This document shows, one piece after another, positions 49,619-58,021 of a stretch of DNA of 64,000 bases. The position numbers and the translations under genes were made by a program. The notes under the pieces are model-generated. The model saw only the letters and a list, made by a program, of their open reading frames with translations, was not told the origin of the DNA and did not search any database. Location: the NCBI GenBank assembly GCA_963718825.1, contig CAVQZZ010000002.1, forward strand, positions 414,813 through 478,812, in the 5' to 3' direction. Origin of the DNA: an uncultured Acidobacteriota bacterium. Its GTDB lineage: Bacteria > Acidobacteriota > Vicinamibacteria > Vicinamibacterales > CAVVIG01. Every line of letters starts with the position of its first letter. Positions within the stretch are counted from its first letter, which is position 1.

Positions 49619-49793
49619 CTATTTCAGATAGGACCGGACAATCTTCACCAGGTCCGCCGCCACCTCGCGCTCGTCCGACTTGGCGCGGGCCCCGCGAAAC
49701 ACGTGGTCGCGAATGTGCTTCGCGCAGCAGATCGGCGTCGAGTTTCAAGGTCACATTAGTTTCAATTTTGCGTGCTGGCGCCGCCAGAGGCAA
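49619..49793 (-). CDS. Possible small ribbon-helix-helix / VapB-like protein; needs one frame correction
   Basis: KIETNVTLKLDADLLREA (in the czcD frame), then the +1 frame KHIRDHVFRGARAKSDEREVAADLVKIVRSYLK with TAG 49619-49621, 11 nt before the czcD ATG. Confidence 0.3.
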
Positions 49794-49884
49794 CTGCCGA
49801 GTTTAGGCCGACACGACTCTCGGGCCAATCTACGGCCACAATGCACCATGAACCCGCGATCTGAACGGCGCGGGGCCGGGCATA

Positions 49885-52321
49885 ATGGTCCTCCCTCTCA
49901 ACGGAGCGCGTGATGAGACTGAGCTTCGCTACGCCATCCGGCAACTGCTCAAGTCGCCCGGCTTTTCGCTCGTCGCGATTCTGGGCCTCGCGCTCGGGAT
50001 CGGCGCGAACGTCGCGTCGTTCAGCGTCGTCGATGCCGTCTTCCTGCGCCCGCTGCCGTACCGGAACGCGGATCGCCTGGTTCGATTGAGCTCGACGAGC
50101 GAGCCCCAGCGGCTTCGGCGCGTCGGCTTCTCTTACACGCGCTACGGGGCCGTGCAGGAACGCCAGCAGGTGTTCAGCGATCTCGCGATGTCGATCGGCA
50201 ACGCATTTACGCTGACGGGCACCGGTGATCCCGAGCAGCTCATCGGCCTGCAGGTATCCGCAACGCTGCTGCCCACGCTCGGATTGGTGCCAGTGATAGG
50301 CCGCAATTTTTCTGACAGTGAGGATCGCCGCGGCGCCGAACATGTCGTCCTGATCAGCTACGCCTTCTGGCAGCAGCGGTACAACCGCGCGCCGTCGGTG
50401 CTGGGACAGCCGCTGACGCTCGACGGCGCGCCGTACACGATCATCGGCGTGCTGCCAGAAACGGCGACGGCGTTTCCGTTGAATCAATTTACGATCTGGC
50501 TGCCGCGTCCGGCCGAAGTGCCCTTTCTGGCCCAATCGCAGTTGAACGGCGGCGGCTACTTCTTTCAAGCAATCGCGCGCCTGCGGCCGGGCGTGTCGCT
50601 GGCGCAGGCGCGTGACGCGATGAACGTCATCGCCGCGAGCTACCGTGCCGAGCATCCCGCCAACGTCGACGCGCCGTCACAGATCGAGGTCGTACCGATC
50701 CTCGAGGACGCGGTGGGCGAGCAGCGGCGTAGCTATCTGTTGCTGTTCGGCGCGGTCGCCGGCGTCCTGCTGATCGCCTGCGCGAACATCGCGAATCTCG
50801 TGCTGGCGCGTTTCGCCGGCCGCCGACGGGAGATCGCCGCGCGGTTCGCGCTCGGGGCCACGCGGTTCGACGTCGTCCGTCAGCTCGTCACCGAGAGCAT
50901 GCTCGTCGCCGTCCTCGGCGGCCTCGCTGGCCTGCTCGTGGCGCGGTGGGCGCTCGAGGCGCTCGTCGTGTTTGGAGCCGATGTCATTCCTCGCGCCGTC
51001 GAAATCCGGATCGATCCGCTCGCGCTCACCTTCGCGCTCGTCGTGTCGTTGCTGACCGGACTCGCGATCGGCCTGCTGCCCGCATGGCAGGCGGCCGGCG
51101 TCAACGTGCAGGAGGCCTTGAAGGAAGCGGGGCGCGGATCGATTGGATCGGGACGCCGCCTGCGGGCGGGACTGCTCGTCGCCGAAGTCTCGCTATCGCT
51201 CGTCCTGTTGATCGTCGTCGGCTTGCTCTTGACGAGTTCGCGAGGCTGCAGCGGGTGCAGCCAGGCTTCGAGCCAAACGGCGTATTTACCGCTCAACTCG
51301 CGCTGCCGCCGCAGCGGTACACCCGCGACAAGCTCGTGTCGTTCTACGAACAGCTCTTCAACGGCTTTCGGCGCTGCCGGGCGCGTCGGCGGTGGCGTTG
51401 ACCGATCGCGTGCCGCTGACCGGCGGTCAGGCGCCTGCGCCGGTTGCCGTGATGGGCAAGTCGTTGCCGCCGCTCAGCGAGCGTCCGCAGGCGAACCGCC
51501 ACCTCATTTCGCCTCGGTACTTCGCGACGCTGGGAATTCCGATCCGGGCCGGGCGGGACTTCGACGAGCGCGACAACGCGCGCGTGCCGCATGTCGTGAT
51601 CGTCAACGAAACGTTCGCGCGACGGTTCTTCCCCGGCGAAAATCCGATCGGTCACACGCTGGTGACCGGCATGGCGCAGCTGCCCTCGCAAGTCGTGGGC
51701 GTCGTCGCCGACGTGCGCAGCACCACGCTGAACGAGCCGCCGGACCCCGACTATTTCCTGCCCGCGTTGCAGCGGCCCGAGGCGTTCACGAACATCCTGG
51801 TCCGGACAAGCGTCGCCCCGGCGGCGATGACACCGGTCGTGCGCGAAGCGTTGCGCGCCGTCGACTCGGAGTTGCCGCTGCTGCAGCCCCAGGCATTGAC
51901 GACGCGCATCGCGCAGACCGTCGCCGACCGGAAGCTCGCGCTCATGCTGCTTGCCGCCTTCGGCGCGCTGGCGCTGGTGCTCGCGAGCCTGGGTGTCTAC
52001 AGCGTGATGGCGCATCTCGTCACCTTCCGCACGAGCGAGATTGGATTGCGGATGGCGCTCGGCGCGTCGCCCTCGGCGGTGATGCGGATGGTGCTCGGCC
52101 ATGGCCGGCGGCTCACGCTCGCCGGCATCGTGCTCGGCGTCGCCGGCGCGCTCGTCGCGTCGCGATTGATGCAGCAGGCGCTCTTCGAGGTCGACGCCGC
52201 CGACCCGCGTGTCTACATCGCGGTGTCGGTGCTCTTGCTACTCGTCACCGAGTGCGCGTCCTGGCTGCCGGCGCGGCGCGCGACGCGGATTGATCCGGTG
52301 ATCGCGTTGCGGGCCGAGTAG
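49885..52321 (+). CDS. ADOP-type duplicated FtsX/MacB-like permease; two frame breaks near 51235 and 51365
   Basis: N-terminus LRYAIRQLLKSPGFSLVAILGLALGIGANVASFSVVDAVFLRPLPY. First FtsX module ends about aa 450. Second MacB-PCD plus FtsX module in ORF 51392-52321 (LPARRATRIDPVIALRAE). Confidence 0.88.
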
Positions 52322-52385
52322 GCGCCACGCGGCGGCGTCGGAGAGATTCTTTTTCGACAGAGGAGGAGGCCATACCCCACAGCTA

Positions 52386-52832
52386 TCACTTCGTGGTGAG
52401 CGGTCCGAAGCGCCGCGCGATGATGTCGAGAAGGTCCGGCAGCTCGCCCGGTTTCCCTGGCCGTGCCACGTCGGCGCGCACGACGGCTTTCTGCTCGGGC
52501 GTGAGGACCCGAAAGGCCGCCCACATCGCCTCTCCCTTGAGCTGCAGCGCCTGCCATACCAACTCTTTCATCTGCGCGTCGAGCGTCGCGCGCACGTCTG
52601 CGCTCGGTGTGTCTGACAGGTTGTTCTCATACAGCTTCGCGACCACCGCGCCCAGTTGAATCGCAACGGGCGCCGCCTTCGCGGCGGTGGCGCTTTGGAT
52701 GGATCGGATCGCCTCCTTCTGCACGTCCGTGAGCGGTGGGACCTGTTGAACGGCGTCGATCGACGGCGGCTGCGCGAATGCCTGGCCGGCGGCAAGCATT
52801 GCTGCCAACGTGATCAGTCCGATTGCGCGCAT
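52386..52832 (-). CDS. Periplasmic Spy/CpxP-family (LTxxQ) protein
   Basis: Signal peptide MRAIGLITLAAMLAAGQAFA. LTDVQ and LTPEQ motifs. All-helical composition. Confidence 0.7.
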   Translation of the reverse strand: MRAIGLITLAAMLAAGQAFAQPPSIDAVQQVPPLTDVQKEAIRSIQSATAAKAAPVAIQLGAVVAKLYENNLSDTPSADVRATLDAQMKELVWQALQLKGEAMWAAFRVLTPEQKAVVRADVARPGKPGELPDLLDIIARRFGPLTTK

Positions 52833-52840
52833 GTGTATTC

Positions 52841-53992
52841 CTACGATGGGCAACGAGCGCTGCGAATTTCCCCGCGCTTTTCGTTGAACGTGTTCACCCA
52901 ACTATCGATCGTGGAAGGGCCGGGGCCGCCGCTGTTGGCGCGATCGGTAAACCGCGCGACGGTGAACAGATCGCGTATCTGCGCCTCGTTGAGACGATCG
53001 AGAAGACCTGAAAGGAACGAACGGCCCGCCTCCGAAATGCGCGGGTAAAACAGGGTACCGGTTTCTGACTGCGCCAGATTGCCGATGCACTGCCCCGCGT
53101 TCTTCCAGATCGGCGTGTGCGACCAGCGATCCAGGTTCACGCTCCCGACGCTGTCGCGGTTGAACAGGTTCGAGGAGCCGAAGGTCTGGCCGACATCGTG
53201 GACCATCATGAACGGGTCGGCACAGGCTGCCCGCGGCTGCTCGGACTTCTTGTCGCTGAGACAGACCAGCCGTTGCTGATCCGCTTTGCTGTCGGTGTGC
53301 TGCAGAAAGACGGCGAGCAGCTTGAGACCATCCCGCTGGTCGAGGGGCGCGCCGCCTTCGTGTTCGTCGACGAGGTCGAGTTCGGGCCACGTCCATCCCT
53401 GATCGGCCTCCGATCCTATGTCGGTGCCGCGGAACTTCCGCTCGATCGCCGCCTCGTCCAACATAGTGGCTCCGCCCGATGACGGCCGATCGCCGCGGAT
53501 GCGATTCGGACAGCCATGGCAGACGACATGAACCGGGTACACCGCATCGGCGCCGTACCCGAGCGCCCACAACAATCGAGTCGCGGCAACGCCGGCGTAC
53601 ACTTCGCCGTTATCCCGACCGTAGCGCACTTTCAGCCGGTCACCGTCCTGGGCTTTACACGCGAATTTCGGCGTGCGGCCACCGAGCTGTTCGTCGACGT
53701 AGTCGCAGTCCACCGTCGCGCCTGGAGCGAACGCGTCCGGACGACGGGGCCCGGCCGTGAGATCCATCGACGCGACGTCGGTCGGCATCCAGACCTGCGC
53801 CCGGCGAAGGGCCTGCATCCGTTGCGCCGCCGTGACAAATTTCTCGGCGTCGTGCGGCCGAGCGTGGGTGCACGACAGCGTGAGCAAGGACGTGGCGACG
53901 ATGGCGCTCGTTCTAATCACATGAGAATCGAGTGCAAAAGACTCTCCAGTTCGGCTAACTGCCGCCCTGATTACAAGATTGGGCGAAGCCAC
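52841..53992 (-). CDS. Hypothetical exported (possibly lipo-) protein with protein-kinase-like motif set
   Basis: SLLTLSC lipobox-like signal, LGGRTPKFACK...RLKVRYG, EVYAGVAATRLLWALGY, LLAVFLQHTDSKADQ, MMVHDVGQTFG. No family recognised with certainty. Confidence 0.6.
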   Translation of the reverse strand: MASPNLVIRAAVSRTGESFALDSHVIRTSAIVATSLLTLSCTHARPHDAEKFVTAAQRMQALRRAQVWMPTDVASMDLTAGPRRPDAFAPGATVDCDYVDEQLGGRTPKFACKAQDGDRLKVRYGRDNGEVYAGVAATRLLWALGYGADAVYPVHVVCHGCPNRIRGDRPSSGGATMLDEAAIERKFRGTDIGSEADQGWTWPELDLVDEHEGGAPLDQRDGLKLLAVFLQHTDSKADQQRLVCLSDKKSEQPRAACADPFMMVHDVGQTFGSSNLFNRDSVGSVNLDRWSHTPIWKNAGQCIGNLAQSETGTLFYPRISEAGRSFLSGLLDRLNEAQIRDLFTVARFTDRANSGGPGPSTIDSWVNTFNEKRGEIRSARCPS

Positions 53993-53998
53993 ATCCCG

Positions 53999-56900
53999 TC
54001 ACTTGATGATTTCCGTCTGGATGAACGGCATCCCGCGCATCACCTCGTTGATTCGCGTGATCTGGTCGCTCTGTATGCGATTCAGCTTCGTCACGTCCCC
54101 CTCGAGTTCCTGCTGCAACTCCTTCAGCCGCAGCGCTTCGGGATCGGTCGGCCGCGTGGGTGCGCGCGTGACCGATCCGGCGAGCGACTGAATTTCCTCG
54201 CGAAGCCGCGGGAACTGCCGATAACCCATGCTCGGGAACGGGCGTGCGAGATCTTCTTCGAGCAGCTTCCTGGTTGCGTCGAGCGCCGCGTTCACTTGGA
54301 GCGTCAGATCGTTCTGGATGCCGGCCGCTTTCAGCCGGTTCTGCAGCTGCGTCAGCTGCTGAACGAGCGTATTGGCGCGATCGACCGCCGTGTTCGCGCG
54401 GGACATCATCTCGCGCAGCGTCAGACTTGCGTCGAGCTGCGACTGCAGATCGGCCGTCGAAGCCGGCACCCGCGGATCCATGTCGACCTTCACCGGCTTC
54501 GTCAGCTCCCGCTCTCCAACGTGGAGCTTGACGATGTACTCGCCGGGCATCACCTGCGGCGCGCCGCCGCCGCCGAAGCGGCCGCCGCCTGGCGCTTCCT
54601 CGCCCGCCGGCGCGTCCCCGCCCGGCCCACCTGCCCGGCCGGCCCCGCCGCCGCGTCCGCCGAACACCGGTCCCGGCTTTGCTGGATCGTAGCGAAGATC
54701 CCACACGTAGCGGTTCACGCCCGCCGCCTTCGGCACCGACGCGATATGACGAATGGTCTTTCCTGCTTTGTCGGTCACGGTGATTGACGCCTCGGGCTGA
54801 TCGGCCTTCAGGTAGTAGTTGATCACGGCGCCGTTCGGCGGGTTCGGCGCGCGCCACACGCTGTCGCCGAGATTTCCGTCCTTGTTCCACATCGTCCAGC
54901 GGGTGGCCGGCGGAATGTCGAACAGCTCCGCATCGGTCTTCATCGCTTCCGCGATGTGCTGCAGCGGCGCGATGTCGTCGAGGATATACAGACCGCGGCC
55001 ATGCGTCGCGACGATCAAATCGTTATCGCGCGGATGCACCTGGATGTCGCGCACCGGCACAGGCGGCATGTTCTGCCGCAGCGAGGTCCATCGCGCGCCG
55101 CCATCGAACGATACCCACAACCCGAGCTCGGTGCCCGCGTACAGGATCGATCGGTTCTTCGGGTCCTCGCGGATTACGTGCGCCCATCCGGTCTGCTTCG
55201 CCGGCCCGAGGTTCAACCGCGTCCACGTTTTTCCGTAGTCAGTGGTCTTGAAGAAGTACGCGGTGTAGTCGTCGTCCTGATGATGATCGGCCGGCACGTA
55301 TGCGGTGCCGGCGTCGACGCGCGACGCCTCGAGATTGGGAATCCAGGCGTTCGGCGCGAGCCCGGGAATGTTCTTCACGGTGTTCGTCCACGTCTTGCCG
55401 CCGTCGCGCGTCACCTGCACGTTGCCATCATCGGTGCCGACCCAGATGACGTTCGGATCGATCATCGACGGCGCAATCGCGATGATGGTGCAGTGGAACT
55501 CCGCCGCCGTGTTATCGACGACGATGGCGCCGCCGGACGACTTCTGCTTGCTCTTGTCGTTGGTCGTCAGATCCGGACTGATCACCTCCCACGACTGGCC
55601 ATGGTTCACCGACTTGAAAAGGACATTGCCGCCGAAATACACGGTCGTCCCATCGGCGCCGAGCACGATCGGTGCGTTCCAGTTGTAGCGGTACTTGTGG
55701 TTTTCCATCGCGTCGCCGACCGATCCGATCCGGTTCGGATACGGCGAGATTGCGCGCTCCGATCCGCTCCGTGTGTCGGTGACGCTGATCACGCCGCCCT
55801 GCAGGTCCGTGTACACCCGCCACGGTTCTTTCAGGTCCGGCACGGCGAAAAAGCCATCGCCGCCGCCGACCGTGAACCAGTCGTTCTTCCGAATGCCTTC
55901 GCTCAGCAGCGAGTTGCTCGGACCGCACCACGTGCCGTTGTCCTGGAGACCGCCGCAGAGCATGTAAGGCTTCTGCATGTCGTAATTGATGTGGTAGAAC
56001 TGCGTGAACGCGATGTTGTTGATGACGTAGAAGGTGCGCCCGCCGTCGTTCGAGAGCTGGAAGCCGCCGTCGCTGCCGCTCAAAATTCGCTTCGAATCAC
56101 GAGGATCGATCCACAACGCCTGGTGATCGCCATGCACGTCGCGGCCGATCGTCACGAACGTCCGGCCGCCGTCATCCGACATGTAGAGCGAACCCGATAG
56201 CGAGAACACACGGTTCGAGTCGTTGGGATCGACGCGGATGTCGGAGTAGTAGAACGGCCGGAAATCGATGTTCGCATCGCGGCTGACCACACGCCACGAC
56301 TCGCCCGCGTTGTCGCTTCTCCAGAGGTTCCCGTCATAGTTGGTCGTCTCGCTCACCATGTAGACGATGTCCGGGTTGCTCGCCGAGACGGCGACGCCGA
56401 TCCGGTCGAGCATCTTCGGAATGCCGTTCGTGAGCTTCTTCCAGTTCTTGCCGCCGTCGGTGGACTTGTAGAGCGCGGTTTCCTTGCCGCCGGAGTCGAG
56501 ATACCACGCATACCGGCGATAGCTCCACATGCCGGCGTAGACGATGTCGGAATTGGCCGGATCGACGTCGATGTCCGAACAGCCGGTCTGCTCGTTGATG
56601 AACAACTGGCGCGTCCACGTCTTGCCGCCGTCGGCCGTCTTGTACACGCCGCGCTCCTGGCTCGGGCCCCACTCGTGTCCCATCGAGCACGCATACGCGA
56701 CGTCGGGATTGCGGCTGTCGATGCGAATGCGCGCGATGCGATCCGAATCCTCGAGGCCCACGTGCGTCCATGTTTCGCCGCCGTCGTTGCTGCGGTAGAC
56801 GCCGTCGCCGAACGAGGCGTTGTTGCGCGGGTTCTCCTCGCCGGTGCCGACGTAGATGATGTTCGGGTTCGATGGTGCAACGGCGATCTCGCCGATCGAG

Positions 56901-57181
56901 AGGACGTTCTGGTGGTCGAAGAGCGCCTTCCATGTCGTGCCGCCGTTCACCGTCTTGAACACTCCTCCGTTCGCGCCCGCGACGTAGAAGGTGTCGGCGT
57001 TCCCCGGCACGCCGACGATCACGGACACGCGGCCGGCCTGATTGGCCGGTCCGATGTTACGGAACGAGAGCCGCCGAATCGCGTCGATTTCCGGCGGAAC
57101 AGAGGGTCGCGCGTCTTGCGCGGCAAACGTCAGCTGCACGATCGCGGCAGCAGCGAACAGAGCGAACAGCAGTCTTTTCAT
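53999..57181 (-). CDS. Large exported BNR/Asp-box repeat protein (sortilin/VPS10-like beta-propeller family)
   Basis: Signal peptide MKRLLFALFAAAAIVQLTFA. Repeated Asp-boxes SNDGGETW, TADGGKTW, STDGGKNW, TRDGGKTW, TTDYGKTW, SFDGGARW. Coiled-coil-like C-terminus. Confidence 0.85.
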   Translation of the reverse strand: MKRLLFALFAAAAIVQLTFAAQDARPSVPPEIDAIRRLSFRNIGPANQAGRVSVIVGVPGNADTFYVAGANGGVFKTVNGGTTWKALFDHQNVLSIGEIAVAPSNPNIIYVGTGEENPRNNASFGDGVYRSNDGGETWTHVGLEDSDRIARIRIDSRNPDVAYACSMGHEWGPSQERGVYKTADGGKTWTRQLFINEQTGCSDIDVDPANSDIVYAGMWSYRRYAWYLDSGGKETALYKSTDGGKNWKKLTNGIPKMLDRIGVAVSASNPDIVYMVSETTNYDGNLWRSDNAGESWRVVSRDANIDFRPFYYSDIRVDPNDSNRVFSLSGSLYMSDDGGRTFVTIGRDVHGDHQALWIDPRDSKRILSGSDGGFQLSNDGGRTFYVINNIAFTQFYHINYDMQKPYMLCGGLQDNGTWCGPSNSLLSEGIRKNDWFTVGGGDGFFAVPDLKEPWRVYTDLQGGVISVTDTRSGSERAISPYPNRIGSVGDAMENHKYRYNWNAPIVLGADGTTVYFGGNVLFKSVNHGQSWEVISPDLTTNDKSKQKSSGGAIVVDNTAAEFHCTIIAIAPSMIDPNVIWVGTDDGNVQVTRDGGKTWTNTVKNIPGLAPNAWIPNLEASRVDAGTAYVPADHHQDDDYTAYFFKTTDYGKTWTRLNLGPAKQTGWAHVIREDPKNRSILYAGTELGLWVSFDGGARWTSLRQNMPPVPVRDIQVHPRDNDLIVATHGRGLYILDDIAPLQHIAEAMKTDAELFDIPPATRWTMWNKDGNLGDSVWRAPNPPNGAVINYYLKADQPEASITVTDKAGKTIRHIASVPKAAGVNRYVWDLRYDPAKPGPVFGGRGGGAGRAGGPGGDAPAGEEAPGGGRFGGGGAPQVMPGEYIVKLHVGERELTKPVKVDMDPRVPASTADLQSQLDASLTLREMMSRANTAVDRANTLVQQLTQLQNRLKAAGIQNDLTLQVNAALDATRKLLEEDLARPFPSMGYRQFPRLREEIQSLAGSVTRAPTRPTDPEALRLKELQQELEGDVTKLNRIQSDQITRINEVMRGMPFIQTEIIK

Positions 57182-57892
57182 CAGAAAGGGCCTTTGTCTG
57201 ACAAGTAGTAAAGAGGGCGGAGCACGGCCAGATCGCGGGATCGCGTGCAACCCTGATTGAGCTGGGTGTCTCTGGTCGGCTTACCCATGTATTTATCGCG
57301 TTTCGCGCGTTCAGGCAATCACTTTGATCGCTCGTCGACACCGGAGCCGGCGTCCATACGTTTGCGCAGTGGTTCGTCACGGCGTCGCAGTTTCGCACCA
57401 AAGCCACGGACCGAACCGTCATCGGATCGACCGGACGCGAGAGCCGCGTCGACATCGTGACGCAGGTGACGAGCACACTCGAACACCTGTTGATCGACAC
57501 GGGCGCCTCGCGGGCGCACCTTGCAGCCGACTCGGCCGTGGCGCAGAAGCTTGCGTCGCGGAGTGCGGTCCGGACGGACTTCTCGGCATGGATGCGCTGG
57601 TTCGGTGCGTCCTCGTGCTGAATCGAAGCGACTCTAAATTGATGTGTCCGGCGAGTTGACACTCCGATACCACTTTTTGGATGCCGGGGGAACTCAGCGG
57701 GCCGCGGAACAGTCGAGCGATCAGCTGATGCATTTCGTGCTGTCAGCGGCCGTTCGGGGCCTCATAATTTCCCGTCATACGCGCCGCGCCTGCGCGCGAG
57801 AAACGCGCGTGCGTGTCTTGCCGCATCCGAGACTGAACCCGGACTTTCGCCCGTGCACACCGTCACGTTTCGAAGGCATTTGTTTTTTGCCC

Positions 57893-57937
57893 TAACTGTT
57901 AGCATGTACTAACCTAATAGTTAGTACCAAACAGTTA
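57893..57937. promoter_or_regulatory. AT-rich nested inverted repeats (operator/promoter-like) upstream of 58022-60199
   Basis: TAACTGTT-agcat-GTACTAAC-ctaata-GTTAGTAC-ca-AACAGTTA: the outer 8-mers and the inner 8-mers are each exact reverse complements. Confidence 0.5.
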
Positions 57938-58021
57938 TTTGAAGAGTCACGGCTCGGCTTTTTTTCGCATGAACGGTTCTGCTCCACACGAAATGGCATC
58001 GGTCTGGCACTACACCATCGC

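Noticed and set aside
57733-57826. An in-frame TGA in an otherwise open minus-strand frame could suggest selenocysteine or read-through.
   Set aside because: There is no recognisable protein family, no obvious SECIS-like hairpin directly downstream, and the window is full of indel-type frame damage. A decayed or mis-assembled ORF is the simpler explanation.
57835-57862. Minus-strand GGGCGAAAGTCCGGGTTCAG resembles the GGAAAGUCCGGGC core of RNase P RNA.
   Set aside because: None of the other conserved RNase P elements that I can recall (for example ACAGAACCCGGCUUA near the 3' end) are present in the surrounding 400 nt. This is probably a chance match.
57951-57966. The T7 run (GGCTTTTTTTCG) upstream of 58022 looked like a terminator tail.
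   Set aside because: The preceding sequence GAGTCACGGCTC can form at most a 5-bp stem with a 2-nt loop, too weak to call an intrinsic terminator.
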